Assembly: GCF_009914755.1 (NCBI RefSeq)
Contig: NC_060928.1
DNA from: the human T2T-CHM13v2.0 reference genome, Homo sapiens
Direction: 5' to 3' (one strand)
Length of the DNA stretch: 64,000 nt
In this document: positions 1-18,765 of the stretch, one piece after another
Numbering within the stretch: position 1 is the stretch's first letter
Layout of the letters: every line of letters starts with the position of its first letter
Notes under the pieces: model-generated
Told to the model about the DNA's origin: nothing
What the model saw: the letters and a program-made list of their open reading frames with translations, nothing else
The model's database searches: none
Translations under genes and position numbers: made by a program

Positions 1-500
1 AGTGAGAGCAGTTTAAACTGAAGTGCACCCTTCCACTTCCCTACTTTCCTATCTCTGGAAAGTACCATCCAGACTTGCACAAGCCAGTGTGTTCTGCTAT
101 TTACTCTTCTTTCCACTCTGGCACTCAAAGCAGAAAATTTGATGCCTGGGCTGGTCCTACAATAATTCTTCCACTCATTGATGTAGTAAAATAGGAGGAA
201 GATAGGGCAGAAATGGCAACTTTCTCAACTCAGCTGGCGATTGATAGACGCTTCTATTGATTGCCACTGTCTTGGCTAATACTGTCTGGGTATCAATAAC
301 CTCCATGTAACAGGTATATAATGCTGGCTCTATCATGAGGCATTCCTGTGCCTTGTTTGGAACATCCTGCTATGCTGCCTAGACATTAGAGTTCTACTTC
401 TAAGGCAGTTGTGAGTGTGGCTGCCTGTGGTTGACCCAGTTCTGCCCTTTCATTAAGCCTTGATCGTTGTCTGGTTCCAATTGTTGGAAGGTGTGTTTTT

Positions 501-5531
<5,031 letters not shown>

Positions 5532-5782
5532 TGAATGTTTTGTTTCACACGTATGCTTCTTTAAAAGTACTCTGATGTGATGAAACCCATGGGTGGCTGT
5601 GACTTTGTTGAAAACATTAGAAGATGGCTGTGCAGGGTTAAATGCAGAGGTATGAGTACTACATGGAGGCTCCAATGATCTTTTCAATTTTCAAGTCAGG
5701 TTTAAAAAACACTTTAGAAAATTGAAAGGTCTACTAAGTAAAAGAATTATATCACTTAGGAAAATGTGGGGGTTTTTTTGTA

Positions 5783-5789
5783 TGTGTGT

Positions 5790-5828
<39 letters not shown>
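5783..5828. repeat. (TG)n microsatellite
   Basis: Direct reading of the sequence. Confidence 0.97.
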
Positions 5829-5832
<4 letters not shown>

Positions 5833-6679
5833 AAAGACCTAGAGTGAGGAAGCCAGAAAATAACAAAGTGAGAGAGGAATCGAGGTAAGTGTTTCATTGC
5901 CAACATCACAGTTAGCTTGAGAATCAGTATTTGGGGAACATAATAGGGCTTATTTCAAAGTCAAGTTATAGTGGAGTTCTCACTGAATTACAATGTAAAT
6001 GTGGCATGTCAATTTCTGAGATACTGCTAAATGCTTCAAAGAAACTAAAATGGGAAGGAATGGATTTTAAAATGGATAGATTTCTTTTCTAATATACCTG
6101 AGTAGGAAATAAAACACCTATTAAAATGATGCTTATTCTTCTATCTTAATGGAAGACCTTGTGGAAACATGAACAAAATGTTCTAAGTTTTTATCAAATA
6201 ATGCATGCACATTAGTTTTTTTAAAAAATGGGACATATTTATTTGACATAAAAATCAACTGTCTCTTTCCTATTTATTTTTATATTTTGTACTGCTCCTT
6301 GCAGGAAAAAAAACAGTCTGAACTATCTTAAATCCTTTTCCTGAAACCTAATTTTCTCTAAAAATGTATTCTCTTACAGATAATTCTTAGTCAATTGATA
6401 GCATTTTCTATAGACTTTTTAATGTAAAAAATGAGTCTATAGCTCAACTATAAACTTCTTTATCTTCTCTCTCCCTCTTCTTCTCCTCCCCCATTCTTTC
6501 AAAATAGTTATTTCATTATTTATAATTCCTTTCTTGAAAATCTTTAAGTAAATTTATTTGATAGATATAATGTATTTCCTCATCTAATTCGTATTCTATC
6601 AACGATGCAGACACTATTGGCCATCTGTATGGCAGCTGTTTTTCCCTTTCTTGCTTGGTTTACAGAATTCTGATATTGT

Positions 6680-6815
6680 CTTTACCTGGAAAATTGGGGA
6701 AATAATAGTCATGACATCACAGAGTTGACGACGATTAAATGAGTAAGTACACATGCAGTGCTTATAATAGAGCCTACTAGAGTAGATGCTCAATAACAGT
6801 TATTATTATTATTAT
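6680..6815 (+). mobile_element. MIR fragment
   Basis: Degenerate MIR core (aaaattggggaaataatag...gattaaatgag...gctcaataa...ttattattatt). Confidence 0.7.
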
Positions 6816-6879
6816 TCAGACAACAATTTGTGCAGATAATGTGAGGGTTTCTTTCTGCTTTAGAGAGAGAGAGAGTCCA

Positions 6880-7335
6880 ATTTTGCTCGCCAACCATGGG
6901 AATGACATTCCCCTTTGTCAACAGTTGGTTGAAGATCACATGTATAACTCTAGACAATGAAATGTCATGGGAAGTCTACTTTGGGGGGAAGGGTGGAATC
7001 TGGGAATACTTGACTCCCTGATAAAAACGAGAGTGCACATACACACACAAGAAACCCCAATATTTTTTATTGATCTGTCTTCCACCCTTGCACTCTGCTT
7101 AGGATTACTGTGTCATAATTATGCTTAAAGCTATGGCTAATGTTGTTGGAGAAGTGACTAATGCACTAAGGATGGCAGAGAAGAAAGGTAGAGCCTGGTC
7201 CTTAATAAGTTGAATGAGTGCACAAAAATCTCAGGGAAAGCTTAATTTCAGTTAAAGAAAAAAATAAATAATCCTGTGACTTCTGTCAATTTTATTTGGC
7301 TAGTGTCTTACTTAAGCCGAAAATCCTCCTAACAC
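6880..7335 (+). mobile_element. Old MaLR LTR fragment (MLT1J/K-like)
   Basis: caatgaaatgtcatgggaagtcta and aaggatggcagagaagaaag...gagcctggtcctt resemble MLT1 motifs. Highly diverged. Confidence 0.4.
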
Positions 7336-8155
7336 ATATTGTCACTTTATGCCCTCATTCTCTTCTGCTCTTCTTGCCTTGTACTTTCCAGATTTATTTA
7401 TCTACTCTTTGGTTTGACTTTCTCAAGACAAAATAACAAAGACACTGCTTCACTTTCCAGGGCAAAGAATAAAGAATATGAGATATATTTGATTGAGAGG
7501 TGATTTTCAGAGAGATGAGAGAATACCCCAAATTAGCCAGAGATTTAACAACTGCAAAGCAAATGAAGAAAGAGAAAACCCATGGGGTACTCAGCCAGAG
7601 AAAGGGTTAAGGGATAGTGTAAGAAATGCGATGTTAGTGTAGTACCCCATTTGGATCAGCAGTTAAATAACATTTACATAGTTATTTAAAAATAAAAATA
7701 ATAGAATGAATTCATTTAAAAATGTGGCATTCTATATAGGGAATGTAAAGAGAATGGAAATGAACATGAGAAGCTAAGGATTTGGACAGGAGAGGGACAA
7801 ACAAAAAAACAATAGAAAAGGATAAGGAATTAAAGATGGACCCAGCAGGGACAGAGCTGTAGATTTATGATAGGAAGGATTTTACAAATCTTTGAAAAAA
7901 TATTGAGTTACTTGAGAATTTGTACTGGAAAAATTTATTAATATTTTAAAATAAAATAAAATTTGACATATACACTACACACACACAAATACACACTTGC
8001 ATATGCACAAAAAATTGCAATAAAATTCTACATAAATAATTATTGCAAAATATTCACACTGTAGAAAATATAGTAGAAAATCTTCCTGAATGTAAGACAG
8101 GGAAAAACTTCTTAGGCAAGAATCGAAAAGGATAAGCCATAACATTTAATACATT

Positions 8156-8537
8156 TGTTAAATCAAGTTTAGCCTTAAGCTGCTGTGAGTTCAGCCTAAG
8201 TGTTTCTCTGGACATTGTGAACTAGCGCATAAATGAAATGTAAACAGACTGTAGCCTACTCTTGTGCTAATCACCAATTTTTGGCCAATCAAATGTGGCC
8301 AACTGTTCAAACCTCTTTAAATAAGGCAAATGCCGAACTATAACCATTCTGACTATTTCTGTACCTTACTTCCATTTTCTTTCATCGCTTTCCTTTTCCT
8401 GCCCATAAATCTTCTACCAGGTAGCTGTGCTGGAGTCTCTGACCCTACTCTTGCTCAGGAGGCTGCCTGATTCACAAATCGTTCTTTGCTCAATTAAACT
8501 CTTTTAATTTAATTCGGTTAAAGTTTTTCTTTTAACA
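8156..8537 (+). mobile_element. 5' LTR of MER57-type (ERV1) provirus
   Basis: Runs TGTTAAATCAAGTTTAGCC...TTTTAACA and is a direct repeat of 10949-11344. 4-bp TSD CATT at 8152-8155 and 11345-11348. Confidence 0.9.
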
Positions 8538-8539
8538 GA

Positions 8540-8557
8540 CGGTGTCAGAAGTGGGAT
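8540..8557 (+). promoter_or_regulatory. Retroviral primer-binding site, tRNA-Leu(CAA) type
   Basis: CGGTGTCAGAAGTGGGAT lies 2 nt after the LTR and matches 17/18 to the complement of the tRNA-Leu(CAA) 3' end (TGGTGTCAGAAGTGGGAT). Confidence 0.85.
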
Positions 8558-9047
8558 CCGAGGTAGGGTTTCTAACAACCCCCATGAGTGCTGAGTGCCC
8601 AACTGAGGTACCTGCAGGGCTCACTGTGTCCATTATAGTCTCAGACCAAATGGGGATCGCTCTAAGTTCTCTCTTGGATTCTGAAGCTCTGCAGATTTGT
8701 GTTTTGAGCTTTCTGAGATTCTTTGAGGAAAGTTCTGATCCAAACTGGATTTGGAAGTCGTAACAGTAGAAGGACTGGGTCCAGGATCAGATTGGATCTG
8801 ATAATTAACTGGCTTGGATCCAGTTAGAGACCTCTCACATATGACTGGCTCAGAAAGAAACTGGTAGTAAATGGCAATATGGCAGGAGGAGTAAAATTTG
8901 GCTTTTGGAATTTCATAGTTATTTTTGTGTTCTACCCCTTTGTTTTTGTTTCACACTTCGGTAGGGACCAAGACTTCTCTACTGTCATGATACTCTTATC
9001 TTTCCATTTTTTTCCCTTGCTTATGCCTCTACGAACAACAGAGGTGA

Positions 9048-9393
<346 letters not shown>

Positions 9394-9397
9394 AGGA

Positions 9398-9690
9398 TTT
9401 TTTTTTTTTTTTTGAGACAGTCTCACCCTGTTGCCCAGGCTGGAGTGCGTGGCATGATCTCAGCTCACCACAACCTCTGACTCCTGGGTTCAAGCAATTC
9501 TCCTGCCTCAGTCTCCTAAGTAATTGGGACTACAGGCATGCACCACCATGCCTGGCTAATTTTTGTATTTTTAGTAGAGACGAAGTTTCACTATGTTGGT
9601 CAGGCTGGTCTCAGACTCCTGACCTCGTGATCCGCCTGCCTCAGCCTCCCAAAGTGCTGGGATTACAGGCATGAACCACTGCGCCTGGCC
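9398..9690 (-). mobile_element. AluS-like SINE
   Basis: Full reverse Alu. Outer TSD ATTTGTGAAGGATTTT at 9087-9102 and 9692-9707 brackets both Alus. Confidence 0.93.
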
Positions 9691-9849
9691 TATTTGTGAA
9701 GGATTTTGCAGACAGCCTTATACAAGGATAAGCTTACACTTTGATAGATTAAAGATGAAAGCCCAAAGTGCAAGAGAAATTTTAATGGTACATACATTGC
9801 CTCCTAATCAGTCGGGAACAGAACATTGGTCCACTCCTCTTAACCTACA

Positions 9850-10350
9850 CCTTGGGTTAAAAAGAACATTGCCAGGAGGTCTTCACTCTTCTAAAAGGGC
9901 ATCATTTATTAGGTCCTTTTTCCCATTATTTGGAGTAAATGAGGTAATGATTAGAAATGTATTCCCCATGATATGCTGTATAACAGATTCTACTGTAAAG
10001 CTATGGTTGCACAACAGACTAAATTATCTTGTAAAAGTTGTGCTAAATAATTGAATTGCCCTGGATTACTTACTGGCTAAACAGGAAATTATCTGTGCAG
10101 CTGCTGGCACTTCTTGTTGCTCATGGAGGAATTTAACATGTATTTTAGAGATTCAGTTGTAGGGAATTGATAGACTGTTTGGTTAAAGTGAGTAGACTGT
10201 TTATCTAGCTCATTCTTTGATCTATTTGATTTTACGTGGTTTGGTTTATGGGTACCCTGGCTAAGGAACACACTCCAAACTCTTGGTATTATCCTCCTGA
10301 TAGTCATAACAGTAGTCTCTCTGGTGCACCGTATTCTCTCAAAAGTTTTA
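9850..10350 (+). pseudogene. env: Decayed retroviral env, TM subunit
   Basis: Reads LVKVVLNN*IALDYLLAKQEIICAAAGTSCCSW (immunosuppressive domain plus CX6CC at 10094-10120). After a further stop and a frameshift it reads WLRNTLQTLGIILLIVITVVSLV (membrane anchor). Confidence 0.85.
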
Positions 10351-10948
10351 AATGTTTGCATGCAGCTGTCTCTAGAATATCAAATGATCAAATAGTCTCT
10401 CCTCAACTGGAATGACATGAGCTGAAAGAAATGTGTGACCATGACGGCACCATAACCAATGAATGATGTACTGAGACCAGAAACCCAAAATGATGGTAAC
10501 TGAGACTAAGGCCCTAAGTTTTGGTCATACCCTCACCTAACTGAGAACCTGACTAAAAGGGGAAAAATTTAAAACAAACATGGGTGCCCATTGTTTTGGA
10601 CTGAGCTTATGTACTAGGCCTCTGTAGACCAGACCAAACCAAAACAGAATCAGTTATGCTAAATGTGACATAATCAAACTAAAACTTTACAGAAATACAC
10701 AGATACTAGAACAGGGTTGTTTTTTCTCTGATAAACAGGACATTCCAGCATAGGGAGGTACCCTCTACTCTAATCCTTACAAAAAAATATCCTGAAGTCC
10801 TTGTTCCCACCTTACAAAACCCACTGTTCTGCTATTTGTCAGTGGCTTTCAAAACCAAATAAGTACATTTAAGATGGTGATAGTGACATTAATAACTAAA
10901 GTCTTGGTCAATCTCTAAAACTTAAGAGGATGACCAAAAGGGAAGAAC

Positions 10949-11344
10949 TGTTAAATCAAGTTTAGCCTAAACGGCCTCTTTACATATCTTAAGTTCAGCC
11001 TAAAGGTTTCTCTGCACATCATGAACTATAACCCAAAGGGAGTTGTAAACAGACTGTGGCCTACTTTTGTGCTAATCACCAAGTTTTGGCCAATCAAAGG
11101 TGACCAAATGTTCAAACTGTGTACAAATAAGGCATATGCAAAGCTGTAACCAATATGGCAGTTTCTGTACCTCACTTCCGTTTTTTGTACATCACTTTCT
11201 TTTTCTGCCCATAAATCTTCCACTACAGGGCTGCACTGGAGTTTCTGAGCCTACTCTGACTCAGGAGGCTGCCCAATTCATGAATCGTTCTTTCCTCAAT
11301 TAATCTCTTTTAAGTTTAATTCAGCTAAGTTTTTTCTTCTAGCA
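10949..11344 (+). mobile_element. 3' LTR of MER57-type provirus
   Basis: Direct repeat of 8156-8537, preceded by the PPT and followed by TSD CATT. Confidence 0.9.
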
Positions 11345-14300
11345 CATTGACTATTTTAAAGTTAAAATTAAAATGCTCTGAACAACCAAGTCAGCGTAAG
11401 CAAATAGAGAGTCAATCCATGTACAGGGAGAATATATTTACCACATCTACAAACGGACATAGAAATACCATCTAAAGGACTCTAAAAAATCAAATTGAAA
11501 ATATGAACAGATAGGTAACTTTGAAATATATCAAAAGAAAAAAAACAAATTTTAAATGTGTTTACAAAAGAATGGCCAGTCTTACAGGAATCAGGAAGAG
11601 CTTTCCTCCATTACTCTTTCCTTCAAAGGCTGGGCTTTTCTCCCATGCTCCCTGCCATACTCTGTTAATAGGTAAACCTTCAGACTAAATTACTCCCCTG
11701 TGTTTTCATTCTTCCTTACAGTGACTTCACAGTTATTCTTCATCTTCCAGATTAAGCCTTAAATCCTATCTGTGTAATTGACCTCAGCAGTTTACCATAC
11801 CACTTGATCACTGGAATTCATATTGCTCAGTTATGTTCATCAAGTCTAATTTTGACAGCTAGTTGCTTTTATAGAATTGCTGCCCTTCTTTTCAGTGAGC
11901 AGAACTTATCCTGTTATCCAGCTCTTCTCTTCCTGCTCACTCTGTAACATCTCTGAGTCCTGCATCTTCAGCCACAAACACCAGGGTTTATTCTTATGTG
12001 ACTAATTAGTTCAACATATATATAAGATAACTGAATACAGTCCACAAAATAGGAGTTTTTAATATGTATTGTTATTATTTCTATGTGAATAAATTATTAA
12101 ATCACATATATATGTGTCTCCTGATTTGGGACTTGTTACAAAGTTCAATACATAAGACAAGTGCAATAATGTTTAAAAATATAATAAACATGAGCTTTTG
12201 TTAACTTCATTATATTCAGAAGAGAGTGTTTTCAATAGTGTTTCCTTCCTTGTAACTTTCCTATCATTCTAACCCAGAAAATATAGGAGAGATACATTAA
12301 TAGCTAAAAAGAAAATCAGGATAATTTTTTGAAATATTTCTTCCTCCCATGTAGGCAGAGATAATCTTATATCCAAAAATTCGTTGTAAAAGAGATCATA
12401 TTTTTTAATTCTGAGAAAATCTTAAATTTCTTTCTTGGAGAGTACAATTCTAATTATTATAAAACTGAGACAGATGACTTTTCATTACTGTATGTAAAGG
12501 ACAGTCTCTTGGATATAATATCTAGAGCAGATGCTTCAGGAGCTTTTCAAATTAGAAATAAAACATGAAGAATGTTCAGAAAAGGCTCATTATCTTATTA
12601 AAGGGGACTTAAGCCATACAAAGTAGTCATAAAATTATATATCAAAGTATCTATTTACAGCGTTAGGTATCTTAAAATATGCAATTATTTAAATGTTTTA
12701 GTCACTATGACATGCCCTACCAATCACATGAAAATATCCTATAAACTCTAAGGTTAAGTAACAATAGAAGAATCATCAAATCTTGTAGCTAAAGTTGAAT
12801 GCAAAGTGGATTTCTTGATGCCTCTATAATATCTACTAGCTGTTCAATTTTCCTCGCTGAGATTGAAGAAATGAGATATGTAATTGAAAGCAGGAAAATC
12901 CATATTTTTGCCAACCTACAGTATGATAATTCCACTTCAACAAGTGATAACTAACATCTCGACTAAACTTAACCACATTGCCCAACATTGGAGTAAGTCT
13001 AAAGAAAGGAGCAAGTTTTATTCCTAAGTAACAATTGTAAAATTAGCCACATATTTAGAAATCAGGTCAGTTGTAAAATTTTTAAAAGGCCAGGAATGAA
13101 ATCCTATGTGCAATTTTTTTCTGACAAGGATGAGCTAAAGAGTGCATTTCCACAATTAGCTACATATTATAGTGTTGTACCACTAAAGGCTGGTATTTAA
13201 AGGCTCCCATTCATTACACTTTTTCAGAAAGAGAGTTCACATTGATTTCCATCTCTGTCTTGATTTGTTAACATGTTCCATATTTTTGGATTTTAAAGAC
13301 TTTCTCCTGTGGAGAGCAGTCTTCTAATAAACTAATTCTTAAAATGTGGGTCCTAATAATTGTGTCAATCAGAATCATCTGATGCCTTAAGAATCTCTGT
13401 TTATCCTGAATGATTGTCATAGACACACTACGGTGTGGTAATTATTGCTGTAATACTCATTGTTATTTAGCAGTCAATATATAGGTGATGCTGAACCTTA
13501 ATTGCTCAAGTTATTTTTATATACAAAAGGTCTTATTTCCCATAGCTTTATAAATTCCCAATTATTCCTAGGTACTTTTCACATTCGAAGTGCCGCACTC
13601 CCACATTACAGTTCAGGCTAGATGAGCTTCTTTATATCCAATAAGATTTTTAACTCGTTCAAAATCATCCAGGCATAGAAAGCTCATTAATGGAGACAGG
13701 AAGAAAGATGAGCTGAAGAAATGGCTGCTTGAGAGGAAATATATATATATTTGCCACTACTCATTTTCTAGAGCTTACAGAAAATGAAGGTTAGGTATCT
13801 CTGATTTCTTCTAAAGTTCAAGAATTCAGGACTTTCAGTGTAGCTAGGATTCAAATCAATGCACTACATTAGCAGGGCTAATACACAGAATGTGTAAGCA
13901 CATAGATGTTGGACTACTTTGGCTAACACTAAAAAAACTCTATAAGAAGTAACATACAAACCTTGACACTGATCAAGTTTAAACCATTGCTGCTCCAAAA
14001 TGGGAACCTGTAGCAGTTTAAATGTAATAAATTTCTAGTAATAAGAGAACGTAAAGAAAATATAAAAAGCTGTTCCACATATTATAGTAATCTATTTATA
14101 ACTACATGTGCCTTATATTCTGAAACAATTCCTGCACTAAATATACCAACCATTATCTTCTGAAACTATTCCCTTCCAGTGTCAATGCCGTGGTGTTTAT
14201 AAAATTCTTTCCCTCCCAGTTTATTGGGTGAGGCATACGTACCTGAAAATATAACATCAGTCACATCAACAAAATGTATGGCTCACAGGATGAACAAAAT

Positions 14301-14814
14301 CATATTTAAATTTGCAACACCATCAAGCATTTTAGGAAACCTACATTCTTGGATGAAGTCTGATATTTGATTGGAGAAGTCTAATTATAAGTATGAATAT
14401 AAGTAGGCCATGGAATAATAATATAATTTGGACACCAAAAGTATAAACTCAGAGAGATAATTTAGTGGATGTGAGTATATATGTGCCATGTATTGGCCTT
14501 TGCATGTTATTGGTCTTTCAGTAATGTGTCAAGGAAATATTTGCACTATATAATTTAAAGATTCTTTGAAATCAAACCTCATATATTTATTGGAATGGGT
14601 GTATTATGTGATTCAATTTATAGCACTTGAATGTCAAAATAATAATGCAATATTCTATTAGATTAATATTCTAGCATTGCAGTAGTCTAGCAGTATCTCC
14701 ATATCTATCTATATTTATATCTATTAATCACTCATGATTGTATACGTATATCTGTGTATGTGTGTGTATGTATATATGTATACACATGCATACATGTTTT
14801 TCAGAACTAAAGAG

Positions 14815-15010
14815 TTAAGTTGAAAACATGGCTCAAATTTACTAGCTATGTGATCTGGGTTAATTTTTCTGTGCTTACATTTCTTCACTGCTAAATAGAT
14901 GTAATTATGGCAGAATACATCTATGATTGCTATGTGGAATAAATGAATTAGCATATGTAAAACACCTCTGGTAATTATACACTCAACAAATGTTGGTTGT
15001 CACTTTTATT
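14815..15010 (+). mobile_element. MIR fragment
   Basis: ttactagctatgtgatctggg...taaatgaattagcatatgtaaaacacc...ctcaacaaatgttg. Confidence 0.65.
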
Positions 15011-16659
15011 ATTACCTTGTAGGAGTTATTTGCCTGGAACATCCCCTGCACCTCTATGCTAAGAAACTTGGTAGAGCAAGTTGGTCAAATGAGATTTAGA
15101 GTTTCAGATTCTGGATCTCTGTTCTCTTAGGGATATGAACAACAATAAAAGATAGTCAGAAAAATTACTAAGAATATTTTATTTGCTAAAGCTTTTGAAG
15201 ACAATGAGCCATCTTTAATATTCTTATGTCTCTAATACTTAGCATAGTACTTGAAAATTAATTTTTGCTTACTAAAGGTCTGCAAAGTTACAATCATTCT
15301 ATGGACATATATATAACAAAAAAAACTACCCTGCATAATTTAGGAGGGAAGGTCTTATGGCATTAATCTCAGGAGCTCTATATCCAAAAACAAGACAGGA
15401 CAATCTGAAAGTAGAGTCAGATCCCACATACAGGAAGGGAAAACCAAGGTGATCACAGGGGCAGATTCATTGTCACAACAGGCAATGAAGAGGTGTCTTT
15501 CTTATAAACTGTCTTTACAGTCCTATGATGGAAATCAGGTAAGATGCAGAATTGGCAGCAATAGCACCTGGAAGAATGTCAATCTTGAAATAAAATTGGC
15601 AGGAAATAGGATTTGGATAGGCAGCCGGATAGGGCAAAGACCAAAAAGCTACTCTATGGGAGGTAGATATTTTCAAGCTAGATTTCTTGGACCTGAAAGG
15701 AAATAAGCAACACTATTTTGTATTGCCACAGTTGATTTTTGGCTTGAATACTCTTGTTTTGGGACTGCTATGTTGTTCACCTGGCTTTGTACTTTGTAGG
15801 CAGTGTGGCTGTTTTAGGTGAATGTGTTGTGTGGGCCAATTCTCTGGGAGAAGATTATTGAACATTTGATATATCTCAGGCACCAAGTTGAGTGATTTCT
15901 CATTGCATCATTTAGTTTAATTGGAATTACATTACTTTTTAAATTTTCAGGATAATATTATCACTACTCTACTTTTTAACAAACAAGGAAACAAAAGATT
16001 ACATAATTAACCACACATCAACTTTCTCTGATAATTAATATTCTCCATAAATAGTTTCAGATCAGTGGATGAATAAATGAATTAGCACTAAAGCTTATGG
16101 TTTTATTTTTTCTTTTGGGGGGTTTACTTTTAGAGGAAGCCAATGTGCAATATTCTAGTAAAGTTTTTTTGTCTAATATGATTAAGCTAGATTAATTTTA
16201 GCTTAGTGTCTATTTCACTTGGTTTTCCTGAAATTTTAAAAACATGGAAGAACTTACAGGTGACATACAGGAGAAATCAAGTATTAATTATTTGGGAAGA
16301 AAACTATGACACCCATAGAAAGTTGGGATTTAAAAATGTAAATTAATAAATAAAGTGATTAAGTTAGAATAGGTTGAATAAAGGTATTGCTTTAGAAAGA
16401 TATGTTAGGCTCACAACAATGTCTGTAAATCTACATTTCACAGATATGTTGCAAGTAGGGAACACTGACAAAAGATTGTAAGGAGAGATTTCTTTTTCTT
16501 TCAGAGTTACAGTAAGATTTGCTTCAACAACCACTAAACATGATGGAAGATTTTACTGGTTATTCATACAGAAAAAAAGGAATTTTTGCTTCTTCTAATA
16601 ACTCATTGAATAATAATGATGATGAAGAGAAAGATGATATCTTGACATAAAGATAGAAT

Positions 16660-16875
16660 GGCTAGATAGCATTTTTGAGCAAATACAAAGTATGAGACAC
16701 TATTCCCAGCACTTTGCATATACCACTCAATATCAACACAATTTGAGGTTAATGAGGTAGGTATGGTCCTTATCTTCACATTTTATAGATAAAACCTAAG
16801 GTACTAAAATAGCCATCTACTGTGTGGTGAAGCCAGGATTCAAACCCAGGAATTCTGGCTGTAGAGCTCACAATA
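16660..16875 (-). mobile_element. MIR fragment
   Basis: Reverse MIR: gaggtaggta...cattttatagat...gccaggattcaaacccagg. Confidence 0.65.
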
Positions 16876-18050
16876 TTTATTATCTGCTGCTTCTCTAAAT
16901 ATGCTAGAAATAAAGACACCATAATTTTAAAAAACTTAAACAGAAGTAGAGCAGATGCCTAATGGTCAGAAAGGAGAGCCAAGAAGTTGAATGGGGAATG
17001 GACTTCCGTGATGAACATGGAAAAAGCGAGAAGAGTTGGTGAGCCCCTGTGCTGATGATCCCATCTAGATCAGCTAACTTTCCAGTTTCCTTAGTTGCAA
17101 AGCACTGAGACAGAATAAAACTAAAGGTAGAGATTACCAAAGTCATTTTGTCATTGTTATGCTCAAATGCAGACACGTGAAAGGAGAGACAATAGATACA
17201 ATCCAAATAAATGTATTTATTGCCATGTCTCAAGTGTTCTTCCCCTGTAAATTTACTATAAAATCATGCATTTTCATTGTGAAAAATCCAAGTAACACCA
17301 ATATAATTATGTTTCAAGCGAATTACTTCAGATCTGCTAATCCTACACCCCAGAGGAAGCCACTGTTAAAATATTTTGGTTGTTTTTGTTTTGTTTTGGC
17401 CTATTTGGAGACATTCAAAAGACATCATACAGTTCTGCAATCTGTTAGCCATAAATCTTTGACAATTTTTCTATTGCTGCAGATACCTTTTCCAAAGTCT
17501 ATAGATTCTATATTTATTTACAAATCACCCTGTTAATCTACTTTAAAATTTTATTTTAAAAAATTAAATTTTATTTAAATTTGTCTGTATTTGTGTAATT
17601 TTCTTTGTTACCTGGGCTGAATTACATTTTTTCTGAAGTGTATTATTCATCTGAATTTTGTTTATTGTGTTGATTACTCCTCCCTTTTCTATAGTATCTG
17701 TGTACATCCTCAGTGTTGAAAATTTTTTGCTTCCAATTCATCTTTGAACAAGATACTTCTATCTGGTATGGCTATTTGCTCAGAAATGGTTAAGGCAAGG
17801 AGATAGGTATTGATGTAGGATCACCACAACTTCAGCAAGAAAATGCAGAGAAATCAGATTTTGACCTTCCCCTATCAGGACAAGCAGTCACCCAGACAGA
17901 AGGTGTTGGTTCTCAGTGAAGTTTGTAGCCCTTAGATACTTTGTTGTGTTGTTCTCTGCTGAGTCAGTTTGGACCCAGGTTGTCAAATTGGATGCCATTC
18001 GTATTCAGTCCTCCATTATGATTAGCCACTACCACGCTTTTCCTGGGTAA

Positions 18051-18399
<349 letters not shown>

Positions 18400-18730
18400 A
18401 AGATAACTTTTTTAATGGATTTCAGAGCTATTACTTTACTATCATTTTTTTCTCATTTTAACAATTGACTATCTCTTCTGAATTTCGCTTTATGAATTGA
18501 ATCTAGCACATTTAATTCTGTATATCAGATTTAATTAGTATTTTCGTGAAACTAGCAGTGAATTTCTTGTCTTTTTAGACTTTAACATGAAGTATCAATT
18601 AACCAAACAATGGAGAAAGGTCTGTGTTGCTGTCACTGCAATGATTTTACACAATATTCTAAATGCAGTTGTGATTCAAATACCACAGTGCAAAGTTCTG
18701 AAAAGTCCTCAAAATAGAATTCTAATTTTT

Positions 18731-18765
18731 TACACTTGAACTTAGCCAAAAAGCCAAGAAGTAAT
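18731..18765 (-). pseudogene. 3'-truncated U2 snRNA retropseudogene (nt 1-35)
   Basis: 30/35 identity to the reverse complement of the U2 5' end ATCGCTTCTCGGCCTTTTGGCTAAGATCAAGTGTA. Three of the five mismatches are at CpGs. Confidence 0.85.

Noticed and set aside
16488-16560. Polypyrimidine tract plus CAG resembling a splice acceptor
   Set aside because: There is no convincing donor or reading frame, and such motifs are frequent by chance.
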